Below are positions 10,201-22,700 of a stretch of 64,000 bases of DNA, piece after piece. Location: positions 59,700 to 123,699 of the forward strand of contig NIVC01003038.1 in assembly GCA_002269645.1 (NCBI GenBank), read 5' to 3'. Position 1 is the stretch's first letter. Each line of letters starts with the position of its first letter. A program made the translations under genes and the position numbers. The DNA is from Macrostomum lignano (Eukaryota). The notes beneath the pieces were generated by a model that made no database searches, was not told the origin of the DNA, and worked only from the letters and a program-made list of their open reading frames with translations.

Positions 10201-12369
10201 GTGTGGTGGCACATAGATAAGTCACAAATCTGGACAAAACTAAGTTGCACTGGATGGGTGAAATTTTGAGGTTGGGCATGTATGTCTAACAGTGCAAGCT
10301 TTTATAGGTTAAGGCTAATATCAATAAGCTTGGTAGTCAGCCTCCGGTTGGCTTTAGGCCATTGCAAAGTTGGCTAATTTAAATGTATGATATACATTCA
10401 TTACACATGGCAAAGTTCTGTTGAATTGACTGATTAGATAAGATAAGCATTTTGACTTGTCATTGTGTCTAGGTAAAAGTTCTTTATAATGGCTTTAAGA
10501 AATCAGACAGAAATAAGTCTCATTTATATGGCCTTTGGGTGTAGCCTAGCTAATGCATTTATTTTTCATTAAATGAATTTTCAATATATAAAGAATAGTT
10601 CAATTTAACAAAATATATTACATTTTTAACATATTTATATAGTATATGATCGTTATTTATATGGTTAGTCTTAAAGCAAGATTTTTTTTCAATTTTTCAA
10701 CACTTGGTAATTCTACAATTAAATTGCAAAAAGTAAGCATTTTTTGGAAACTCTAGAAACTGACTTTAAGTAATTAGAAACTTATGGTTTACTTTGGGAA
10801 CCCTCTGTTCTTAGTGTTCTTATAGAAAGCATGCAAATTATAATAATGCTTTTGTTGCAAGCATTGAAACATTTACATAAAATTACTGTTTAGCATTTCA
10901 ATTTGACAATTAAAACACTTTTTAACTCTTTTAATAAACATTACTAATGATAAATTGTATTTTATTATCAAACAAAGAAAAAAATTTAGTTAGCCCAAGT
11001 ACGCTACTGCCAGTAGACAAGTAGGAATTTATTGGAAAAGATCTAATCTAATACTCTATAAACACACACAGAGACGCTGAGGACGCCGTGCGCGGCCGGG
11101 ACACTTACAATTTCGACGGCTACAGCCTTCGAGTCGAGTTTCCTAGAAGCGCCGGCGGCCGAGGCGGCGGCGGCTACGGTCGCGATTTTGGCGGCCGCGG
11201 CGGCGGCGGCGGCAGAGGGCCGTCACGAAGGGGCGAATTTCGAGTCGTGGTGTCCGGCCTACCGCCGTCCGGCTCCTGGCAGGATCTCAAAGACCACATG
11301 CGCGAGGCCGGCGAAGTCGGCTTTGCTGACGTGCGCGGCAGCGTCGGCTTTGTTGAATTCATGCGCTACGAGGATATGAAGCGGGCCATCAGGAAGCTGG
11401 ACGGTACCAAGTTCAAGTCGCACGAGGTTGGCTTAACTCCTGCCTTTGTCTCTGCCTTGCCATGTCTTCTTCGTGTTTGTTGTATTTATATATATTTATT
11501 TATTCATTTATATTGCTCTTCAGGCACCGCTTCATTCAGCTCTTTAGGGCACACCTTCGTTTAGTCTTTCAGGACCTCTTGTCATTCCCTCATTCAGCTT
11601 TTCAGAGCGCTCTTGTCACTCCCTCATTCAGCTTTTCAAAGCGCTCTTGTCACTCCCTCATTCAGCTTTTCAGAGCGCTCTTGTCACTCCCTCATTCAGC
11701 TTTTCAGAGCGCTCTTGGTCACTCCCTCATTCAGCTTTTCAGAGCGCTCATGTCATTCCCTCATTCAGCTTTTCGGAGCGCTCTTGTCACTACCTTATTC
11801 AGCTTTTCAGAGCGCTCATGTCATTCCCTCATTCAGCTTTTCGGAGCGCTCTTGTCATTCCCTCATTCAGCTTTTCAGAGCACTCTTGTCATTCCCTCAT
11901 TAAGCTCTTAAGGACATCCGTGTCACTCTTCTCTTTGTCACTCTCTCTTTGATATTCTTGATATTCTATTTGATTCTCTTTGATACACAGTTTTATTGTG
12001 TATCAGCTCTTCAGGGCATTGGCGCCCACAAAATCTACTAAATGTACTCACAGTCCTTTAATTCAATGCGCCTGTACTTCATATTAAATTAAGATGATGA
12101 TTAGTTTATTAAATTCGTCTCCTCCTCCCTTTCTCTCCCCTTAGGGCGAGACGTCGCACATTCGCGTCAAGGAGGACCGAGGTGACGGCGCCCGTTCCGT
12201 CTCGCGCAGCCGCAGCCGCAGCCGGGGCCGGCGCAGTCCGAGCCGCAGTCGAAGCCGCGACAGTCGCAGTCGCAGCCGGAGCCGCTCTCCGCCTCGAAGG
12301 CGCAGCTCGCCGACCTATTCGCCGATGCGCGAGCGGAGCCGCAGCCGAAGCCGCTCCTACAGCGATTGA
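4271..12369 (+). CDS. SRSF1: Serine/arginine-rich splicing factor 1 (ASF/SF2): RRM1, Gly linker, pseudo-RRM2, RS domain; 246 aa
   Basis: Exons 4271-4431 ([30 protein letters not shown]...[12 protein letters not shown]), 11072-11426 ([25 protein letters not shown]...[22 protein letters not shown]...KSHE) and 12145-12369 ([11 protein letters not shown]...RS repeats, TGA). GT-AG junctions are in phase, 741 nt total. The SWQDLKD motif is diagnostic of the SRSF1 family. Confidence 0.95.
6301..6360 (-). ncRNA. Minimal type I hammerhead ribozyme of the Penelope terminal repeat
   Basis: Minus strand reads AATAAAATC-CTGACGA-T-GCA-CCATGGCA-TGC-GAAACGCGTT-GAAGTTGTTA. It has the CUGANGA and GAAA cores, stem II GCA/UGC, palindromic stem III ACGCGU, a GUU cleavage triplet, and flanks that pair as stem I. 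Confidence 0.75.
6642..7690 (-). pseudogene. Penelope RT C-terminal half plus GIY-YIG endonuclease (truncated ORF)
   Basis: ORF 6642..7823. The first about 42 aa are read through the inverted terminal copy; genuine RT sequence begins at [11 protein letters not shown]. Confidence 0.9.
8765..8848. repeat. 21-bp tandem repeat, 4 copies
   Basis: GGAACTAAGTTGCAGTTAGGA starting at 8765, 8786, 8807 and 8828. Confidence 0.9.
11576..11905. repeat. 34-bp minisatellite in SRSF1 intron 2
   Basis: CTCTTGTCA(C/T)TCCCTCATTCAGCTTTTCAGAGCG, about 9-10 copies. Confidence 0.9.
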
Positions 12370-13774
12370 TTGGCTGATCAACTGATTAGTTTGATTGTTC
12401 AACTGATTAGTTGATTGATTTAACTGATCAACTGAAAAATTGGTGTTGATTCATCGAGTTTGCCCGCCTGTTTTTATGTGTGAAATTTTACTTTATTAAG
12501 GGATTTCTTGGCAGTTCCTAATAGGCATAGAGGGTCTGTTTCGGGTCCAGTGCGTGCCTCACGTCTCGTATTTGATGTGGACTCCCTTCTTCAATTGGGA
12601 ACCATCTACTACTTGATGGGCTCTGGCACTCTCCTCATCTCAATAGACTCTGACATACTGTAAAATGCAAATATTGATTTGACAATGTCTAATTCAGCCA
12701 ATTGCCAATTCCATTCCCCCTTTTTCCTCAAGCGGATATTGATCATTGGAGAAGTGAGGATGCGGAAATGGTCATTTCTGTGGAGTGGAGGACCTGGCGC
12801 CCAAGCAAGCGTGAAGTGGAGTGGACTGCTGGGACGAACAGGTCATTGGCTTGTTTTTTATTATTAATGTGCTAAAAATTACTTTTGCTAAGCAAAATTA
12901 ACAATAACTGTAGCTAGTTCTTTTACTCTACTGCAAGTAGCGAATAGTGTTTTTTTCGTCTGGTAAATAATAAGTTACTGTAAATTAGGCTGTCTGCACC
13001 GATCTATCTTTTATTATGTATTCTGCTTATTAACCTGTTATTTACACTGAATCCAGACGGGACCCGGAGGATGGATGAGAGGATTAGAGGAGGAGAAAGG
13101 GATTAATGGAGGATGAGCATGAGGAGTCTCGTGCACGCGCGCGCGCCTCTGCTGCCGCGGGATTGTGGAAGCGCGCGCTCTGTCGGCGTTGGAGGCAAAT
13201 TTTGGTAAATAATCTAAAATTAAATAAATAATAACTTATTGTGTACTGCTTATTAATATCTTAATTTGTATCCATCCATATTTTATTTTTTCCGGTTGTT
13301 ATTAATCGCGCATATTTACTAATAGTAGTAAAATAATACAAAATATACTCAATGAACTGTCGGTTATCCCTCCGACTGAAAATTATTCGACTTGCATTAA
13401 AACAAAAAATTGCTCACCGAGTACAAATTTAGCAATGACCTGTGTGCAATTTCTTTTCATTTCTTTGATCAGCTCACTTCTCAGTGTTGATAACGGAAAT
13501 GTTGGTTTTAGTAGCAGGATATAAAAATGCATGCGATACAGAACAGGCAGACAGGTAGATAACAGTTGCTGTGTGGACATTGCTGATTAAAACCATGTAC
13601 AAGTGCGAATTGGTTAGTTTGATAAGACTCACTTCATACTTTTGCTAAGCTGCCTAACTCAGAAAGGGTAGCTAATAGAGGTTTAAAGCGCACACGCAGT
13701 GTAAACACAGACCAAACAGTTTTATTGTGTATCATTTCTGCATCTGTGCTGAAGGAAACTCTGGCATTGTGAGC

Positions 13775-16700
13775 ATGTCTGCTGGCTGCATTGAAGCCAA
13801 ATACAAGCCTATTGGCCTGGATCAGCTGTCTGGTGAATACCTCTAATTAACTGTTACTTTGTCTCTATAGGGGCTTTTGATAGTGCTGTTTTCAAATTTA
13901 AGCTACAACCCAACTTGATGTAGCTTAATTCCAAGCACTAGCATACATGCGCAACCTCCAAAATTCGGTCGGCCGTGCGACTTAGTTTTAACGAAAATGC
14001 GACGTAGTTTTTGGCCAAAAATGCGACTTACATGTAAAAGAAACCCTCAAGCAAAATTAACGCAACTTGGTTAAACGGCAGGAGTAACTATGACTGTCTT
14101 TTTAAGCCAAAAAGCCTCGTCATCTACTTAGTACTACTTTGGTATTTATTTGGGTGGGCATTTTTGCGACTTACCTAGGTTGGCCGCCAAATCGGTCGGC
14201 CGACTCAGTCGACTTGCGCATGTATAAGCACCAAGACATAGGGAATGTAGGGTTTTAGGATAGGGAGATTTTTCATCACACTTGATTTTATCAACTCCAA
14301 CTTTAATACTTCGGGTGTGTCATAAGTAATGTCACTGCAGGCTTCTGTCTAAAATATGTAGGCACATGGACTTGTGGGTAGTGTAGCTGCAAAGTATACT
14401 TAGTGAAGCAATACGACCAGTGCATTTGAGACGTGCATAGGTTGTTTATGGCCCAAGCTGTCGCAAGAATACGCCAAGCAGATTTAGCAAGTGCAACGCG
14501 ATGAAAAATCGTCTATGCAGCGAACAAAAATCACCATGAATCTCGACAAGACGCCTGCATCAAGCAGATCCGCAAGGTGTTCAGCAGGCGGGGCTTGAAT
14601 GACATCCTAAACTGCCTGGTTGCTGAGGATGAAAGCTGGCTCCACCTGGATGGCAAGGGCAGCAAGGCAGACAATCGCTGCTGGCTGGGAGCTGGGGACT
14701 CCAGGGCGACTGTGACCAGGAAGTCCATCTCGGACAAGAAGATCATGCTGCTGGTAGCCTTCACGCCAAACAAACGAGTCTCCATCTGCACAACTCCACC
14801 GAACACCAAAGTCGATGGCCAGTATTTTATCGACTTTATCCGGCACACTGGAGACCTCTGGCGCAATCTCCGGTCAAATCCATGTCACCTGGACGAGGTT
14901 CTGTGGCAGATGGACACCGCACGGCCGCACACCTGTAAGGCTTTTTTGAATTTTCTGCCTGCATGGCGAGTGAATATGCTCTGACAGAGTCCCTACAGCC
15001 CGGACTTCAACTTTTGCAAGAGATTCCTGTTCAAATGGCTGAAGGCTGAATTTTCCAAGAAGAGTTTCGCAAACCATGAAGAGGTCAAACAGGCCGCGTT
15101 GCACTGGTTATGGCAGTTGGAGGAAAAACACCTGCAGGCTGAGGTGGACAAGCTGTATGAGCACTGCCAGAGGGTGATTGATATTGGGGGACTCTATGTT
15201 GTTGAGTGGTACAGTTTTGTTCATCTGCGATTGCAAGTTCGTCTGTTTTCACATCAGTGACATTACTTATGACACACCCGAAGTAGAAGCATAAATACCT
15301 ATCTATTTAAATGAAATTTAAAATTGAAAACTAGTTCATCTAAAACCCATTTAGAATAATATTATAAGATCCTTTCAAAACCAACTAATTTATCAGCCAA
15401 AATATTAAATTATAGTTTATTACTTATTCCCTAATTTTACTAGTTAAAAAAACAAGTGCTCTTTTTCCAGAATTTTTTTTAAATAAACTATTCTTGGTGA
15501 CTGCTTTGTAGGGGATTGACAGATGGAGGTTGCCTCACCACTAAAATATTTTTAGCAGTTTTGTCCTTTTGGGCATCCTTTAAGTGCCTGGAAAAGTTTC
15601 AGAAAATTGGAAGCAATTTGTCAACCTAATTACTTGAAGAAGTCCGAATTGTGCCTGGTCCCGCTGTAGCCGGTTTTGCATTCAAGAGGTTTAGATTTTA
15701 ATTTCGGAGAGAAGTACACGTATTCTCAACAACATTGAGCAGTCTCCACCTTTGAGAGTGCGCCGTAAATTCTAGCCCATGGTATTGAGTTTGAAGTGAC
15801 GGATTTGGAAGAGCGGAGGGCGAAGATTAGATGGATTGAAGCTTCCCCCGATTTTCATTGTTTTTTAAAGCATTTTTAATATATCAAAATGGTTGGCCCG
15901 GTGATAGACGCTGGTCGAAGGACACTGATCACTGGGATAAAGAGTGGCGACTTTTCAATGTTGCTGAGTATACTTTTTCAGCGATTTTGCTGGACTTGTG
16001 GTCAGTCCTTGCTGAAGCACAATTCTTAAACTACCAAATAAAAATTGGTTGATATGTACTATAATGAAGTTTCAAATATACAAATAATGTGAAACTGCAG
16101 TCCACGCTAATTGATAAAAAAAACAAATTTAATCTTGTAACGATCAAAAGTCGAAACCAGATAGTTCCATCGATACTTAAGCTGGAACTTATGACTTAGT
16201 CCTAAGTGTGTTTTATAAACATTTATGGCTGGCTAACTTCGATCGTAGCTAAGATCGAGCTTATGCGTTTAGGGAAGATTGACGGCCAGAGACGATTGAC
16301 ATAATAAACCTTGACTAGTCATTACGACCTAAAAATAGAAAGCAACCACTCGATCACGCTCGGCAGCACCGGCGACATCTTGTTCTCCACCTTCAAATCC
16401 ATCTTCGAGGAAGGACTAAATGACTTAGGACAGCTCTCGATGTGTCTAAAAGTTAGGATCGAAGTTGGGGGCTTCAGCCATAGAATGCTATCTTTATAAA
16501 ACACTTTGACCATAAGTTCAATCTTATCTTACTCTAGGTCGCACCTAGGTTGGTTCCCAGCTAAGACTCGCATTTATGTATAAGATAACTGCGAGTCTAA
16601 CTGCGGGCCTGCGGCCCTCGGGGGCTTAAATAAATACATCCCTCAACTCTATGTGTCATCTCACTTAAATTCATGCGCTAAAAATACAACCCGCTAATTC

Positions 16701-19700
16701 ATATAACAGCTAGTACAAATTCTCCGGGTTGTATGTAATTACAACCTGCAAATTGGCCATAGACATCAATACTGTATTGGGGGTGTGGGGGCGAAGCCCC
16801 CACATTCTATACCATAGACATATTTTATAAAGACAGACAGAGGACAGATAAATAGCTGGAAAGCCTCACTATAACAATCGTCCTTGAATCGTCCAATTGG
16901 CAAAAACACCCTGGCAAAGTTTCTGCATGAGATGTGCACTGAAACCGAGATTTCTGGCCACAAGACTAATTATAGTCTACGCGCTACGTGTGCTACACGT
17001 CTTTACCAAGCTGGCGTTGAAGAACAGCAAATAATGGAACGAACAGGCCACCGAAGTTTGGCTGGAGTCCGCACGTACAAGCGGACGTCCGACATTCAAA
17101 TAGCCAATTCCTGCGCTGTATTGGACGCTAAAATACTACGCGAGGCTGAGACAGACGCAGCTAGCGTCCGCGGTGAGCGTCAGCTGAATTTCGGTTTTAA
17201 TAACTGTTCAGTCATCATCAAAAATTGATTACAAGCGTGCCATGAACCCAACTGTTAGTAACTAAAACTGATTAACCTTAAGCCGAAACTAACCAACTAA
17301 CCTAAGTAAACTAAGCTACTTTGCTGCCTACTAATAAGACCCGGAAATTTTCGTTTTCCAGTTATATTCATAATCTCGTTTTCTGTCATCCAGAATGAAA
17401 TATAAAATATACAACCCGAAAAATACAAATTCTAGCTCGGTGTTTTGTGTCTATGGTAAAAATACATCCCGGAAAAGAGCTTCGCAGGGATTTAACTTTA
17501 TAAAACATGTCACCCCTAAGTTCATGCGTAAGTTGGCACTTAAGATCAAACTTAGCTTTATAAACACCCCCAGACAGGGTTTGATTTCTCTTAAGGTACA
17601 CATGTATCAGCCTTTTCTCGTCAGAATTTTTGTCTATGGCGAAACCCCATTTAACGCTATATGCATTCTCTAGTAGATACTACTAAACGTACTACATGGC
17701 GAAACGAAAAACACGTTCGTTACCGACCTCCAGGTCATTTCTAAGAAAATCCAGTTCAGCAGATCCAGCTGTTTGATTTTTCCATGCCTTCGAAAGCTTG
17801 TATGAGATAAAACTATATAACATCACAAATTTTACATTTCATCCACATTACATATGTAACTTGTACCCGTGCATGGTTGCAGTGAGCCTGTTGACAGATT
17901 GCTCACACGACAGCAAGCTGATAAAGTGCGGCTACATCTGTCGCAGAGAGAAGATAGCGGTATGCGTTGCTGGCGGCTCATCCACAGGTGCAGCTGCAGG
18001 CCCTGATCAGGAATTTGATGACAACTGTGAGTGACAGGTATACTGCTATATATACTTAGGTCCTCTAAAATTTGCATAATCTCAAATGCTTACGAGTATC
18101 TAACTTAAAATTCCAGTCGTTCTCTACTATGCGGTACTTCGTGCCAAGCAATTGTTTCTATTCCACAATGAGGACAGCACTCAGTGCAAGGAGGTCATCA
18201 TCTTAAGCCAGTTTGAGTAAGAGCTGGGTCGTTTTAATTTTTTTGAGAGAGCTTTCTGCAAATTAATCAACTGCAGTCCTTGACTTAGCAAACCTTGGAA
18301 CCGTCCAGCAGTACATATAACTCTGGATTGTCAGATTATTTGTTGACAACGAAATTTATAAATTATCTAATTATCTAGCATGAGGTAAAATGAGTTTTCG
18401 GGTTGGCAGGCGTCAGTGTTTGATGCACCCGATATAAAAGTCTTCAGCGGTTGTCATCTGAGTTTCATTACACTGATGCGCGTGGCGTCTACTTACAACT
18501 GAAAGTGGAAGCAGTCGTGACCTGAGAGGGTCACCTGCCAATCCGACTGTGCCGATTTGCGATTGGTGTAAAAAATCGGTTTCGAGCTGGGGATAGCGCC
18601 TCCAGGTTGCCTGGAGCATGATACCAACGATACCAATAGCGCAGGTGGGAACCGGGATCCAGTTTAGGACCCTTAACTTACTTGACTTTGCTGCAGGGTG
18701 GTTCAATGACGCAAGATGGAAGTTGACCGCCTGAAGGGCCCGCATATAGATTAAGTAGGGACGATGGAGGCTCGTCTGGTACATTAGCCCGGAGGAACCG
18801 GATGAGCCGTGGGGATATTCTCATCGAATGACGTGTTAATCCCGAGGTGGTGGAGCTGGGCCCGGCTGAAGGCCAAACGCTAGCCCAGTTCAGGTCCATG
18901 AGGAACCAGATGATTCAGAGTCACAGCTTTAGCAGGGGCATTAGCCAGCTCATTCCCTTAAATCCACTGCAGCTTCCAATGGTCCCTACCGAGTACCGCA
19001 TGTCGAGTAGCTCTGCGGTGCAGAGTTTAATGGCGAGGACTTGGTTTAGTTTACCCAATACGATGTTGGCTGACTATTTGGACCAATCGATACCAACAAT
19101 TAAGCTCAAAGGAGTTCCAGTTGTCATGTATACGAGCTAGAGCCTTAATTGTAAGGAGCAGATTGAGCGTTGATTTGTTTCGGACTCAGAGGGCTTTTCC
19201 CCAGTGGGATAGTAGAGAAACAGGCATCTTATTTCAACTTACATGTAATTCTCTCTGAGGCTGAGAATGGAAGTCTCCCTGAGGCTGAGTGAGACTGCTA
19301 GAGATTCCTAAGAGATTTGGGACTAAAGCTGACGCCGCCCTTCAGAGCAATTGAAGTACTTTACCCCTAAAAGGCTTTCAACAAACCCCAGATACCTACC
19401 GGACGCGTCCATTGGACCGCCCAGCTGGCCGGAAGGCTTCAAGAAGTCGGCCACGCTGAGATCCGCAGTCCAAGACACCTCCGGCGGCAGCAACAGCAGC
19501 GGCAGCGGAGGCCAGGAGTTGCAGCATCATCTGGGCTGGTCGAGGCACAGCAATTGGCAGGCGCACATCCCGGACCAGCTGACCAAAGCGCGGAATGATA
19601 GAGCTGCGGCGCTGGCCGAAACTCGCAATCTGCTCATCGCCGCTCAGCAACTGCTCACGGCTCGTTCAGCCGCCACTTCCGCCGTCGCTTTCGAAGAGCT

Positions 19701-22700
19701 CCAGCTGCCTAGCAAGACGGAGAAACCGAAGTCGAGCATGCTCAATTCGCTAATAAACAAATTCCAACGGGTTCGGACGTTCAGCCAGGAACGAAACGAA
19801 GGCGGCGGCTGTGGCCCAGCCCAGTCGACGTCCCAGCAGCAAACGGCGGGAGCCGATCAGGACGACGAAGAGATGATCTACACGACGCTGGACGATTCGC
19901 TGGCCAATGTCGAGAAAGACAACTCGTCGAACCGGGCTATCGATGGGGACGATAAAGAGCAGACCTACGAGACGCCAGACGATCCTTCTCTCCCAACGCC
20001 GCCGCCGCCTCCTGCTGTTCCAGCAAAGCCACTGAAGCCACAGAAGGGCCTCGTGACGCCTGAGATGCTCAGCAGCCGGCAGCTCCGGCCGACTCCGCCG
20101 ATACCGGCGCCGCGAGGCCGATCCGACGATAGCGGCGACACCAATGGCAAACCCGAAATTACCGAGGGCGGAGAAGCACTGCGTCAGCGGAAGCCGTCCT
20201 TGAGCCCGACGCCCACACCGCGGCTCCCCGCTACCATTGAGGGCTCCCTCAAGGACCAGCTGCTTGCTGGCGCCGCTGTGGACGCCAGCGTGAGCTACTT
20301 TTACCAGGCGTTCAACTGCAAACCGCTGCTGCAGGATGCTGTCAGGCAAGTCTGCGGTGTTTTGATTTCAGACAGAAATTTCACGAGTTCATTGGGATAT
20401 TAGTCCCACTTTCTTCTTTCATTAGTTTAACCAAGTACCAGACAATGAGCCTCAATCGGGCACACAGTAAGTTATCGCGTCTCACTCTCTCGCGCTAAAG
20501 CACGAGCTATGCAGGTTCGCTTCCGTTCGCTGTCACATTTATTTGGGGCTCGTGCGATTCACACCAGCGAGGGGCCAACCCCCAACCCAAAGACACAGAG
20601 TACATGCAGGGCTGATGTACACTCACAAGTGAGCGTGGGCCTGTAGGCTTCTAAAAAACTATTTTTAGACACAAAAATTCATGCTAACTACGAGCTACAT
20701 TTGATCACTGCAATTAATCCATTGTAAATGAAAGGCTTGCTAGCGAGTAAGGCTTGAGGGGTCGCTTTCACAAGCTCAAAATTTCACATCGTCGAAAAGC
20801 CTTCTTGATTAAATTCATAATCTCGAAAACCAATAATAAAACATAAACTCGGAAGCGATTAGCCATGAAAATTTCCATTACTGTTTCATATTGGCTTGAA
20901 AAAACCGATTTGAATCTTATGATTTTTCGAGCTTGTGACATTTCAAGCTTGTAGAGGATTTCCTCTTTTGACGATGTGAAACTCCCTGCAGCGTTAGGTG
21001 GGTTGACTCAGCCAATGAGCGTAAAGCTTCGGAAAATTGCTGGGTTATTTATAGCACGGAGCAAAGCAAAGTACGAGACATTCGTGAGCTCCATTATGCT
21101 TCCAGCCAATAGGAGCTAAGCTATCGAGGGGAATCCCAGGTTATTTATAGAAATGCGCCAGGCTCCAGAAGTTCCATTCTTCTAAGCCTAGCCTGTAAGG
21201 ACTTCAACCGTATTTATTCATTTTACCCGCATCTAGCGAGTTGGAGGCGGCTCCCGCCGGAAGCTTCGTGGTGCACGGCGGCTCCAGCGGCCGCGGCGGC
21301 GGGCAACTTCGTCTGCTGACTCTGCTAGTTAGGTCTGCTGACCCGGTGCATTCCGTCTGCCGGTACACTATCAAGGAGACAACAACCAACGGAGTTCAGA
21401 TTGCCGGCTCCCTGGGCTCGGCCAGTCACGCAAGCGTCAACCAGCTGCTGTACTATTATCACATTCACGACCTGCCCATCTGCAAAGATCACCCGGAAAC
21501 CGTGATTAAGCTGGTTCGTCCGCTGCACTTGTCCCGGTGAGTGAGGATATTAATATCCATATCCATATATATACCCATATCTAAACGAGCTCTTATCTCC
21601 CTAAACATGATTCGTATTTCTCTCTCACACAGGCAAACGAGTTTTCTAAGCGCGTCAATCTGGTGCCTCGGTGACAAGCCCCTGTGTCTAAGGTGAGTGA
21701 GAACTACAAATTCATTGGCTATACCTTGCTCTGAGTTACTCACATCACCCCTGCTCAAATTATTGCAGTCTGCTGACAGGGGCTCAGGAAGGCACATTTG
21801 CTCTGCTTGTGGATCAGCAGACCAAGCAGCTATCATTATACGCAACGGCGACAGACAAGCAGATGACGGTGAAAATGCGCATTAACACCGATGGCAAGGT
21901 ACAAGTGAGACGCTTGGGGGTTACTCAACTTAAACCTAATAAGCTTATTCTAGCAGCCACCCCACTCCCAACCGCCTATTCTAGCACCCACCTCACTCCC
22001 TCCTCCCCATTCTAGCACCCACCTCACTCCCTGCTGCCCATTCTAGCACCCACCTCACTCCCTGCTGCCCATTGTAGCACCCACCTCATTCCCTGCTGCC
22101 CATTCTAGCACCCACCTCACTCCCTGCTGCCCATTCTAGCACCCACCTCACTCCCTGCTGCCCATTCTAGCACCCACCTCACTCCCTGCTGCCCATTCTA
22201 GCACCCACCTCACTCCCTGCTGCCCATTCTAGCACCCACCTCACTCCCTGCTGCCCATTCTAGCACCCACCTCACTCCCTGCTGCCCATTCTAGCACCCA
22301 CCTCACTCCCTGCTGCCCATTCTAGCAAGCCACCTCACTTCTGCCCAATTCATAATTCATCACAAAGCTACTCCACTTCCTTATGCAATGGCCTAATCGA
22401 ACGGTATTTCAAAATTTCAGCAGCAAAAGTTCTGGGTATCTGATTCGGAAAAATTTGACTCACTTGAGAAATTTCTGATGCATTATCACCGGTATAGTCT
22501 CAGTGTGATTTCTACCGACTCCGGCGGCAAGGAGGTGCCATTGCGGCTAACAATGCCCTGTCAGCTATCAGAGTGAGCTGATAGTGAGCTTCTATGTACT
22601 TTAAATAGCGAATGTCAGGTAAACGTTTCCTCTTCAATTTGCAATTCTCCAGAAAGTTTCAAACCAACCTGAGTCAGTACCTGACTGATCACGTGACTGA

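Noticed and set aside
15480-16540. Short ORFs between the mariner and the Crypton fragment
   Set aside because: No recognisable domain; probably decayed repeat sequence, and cannot be called.
18411-18470. Hammerhead-like CTGAAGA and GAAAC on the minus strand
   Set aside because: Order and spacing do not allow stems II and III to form.
18380-19350. Possible retroelement remnant in the intron of paralogue A
   Set aside because: Composition looks like decayed coding sequence, but I could not recognise any motif in any frame.
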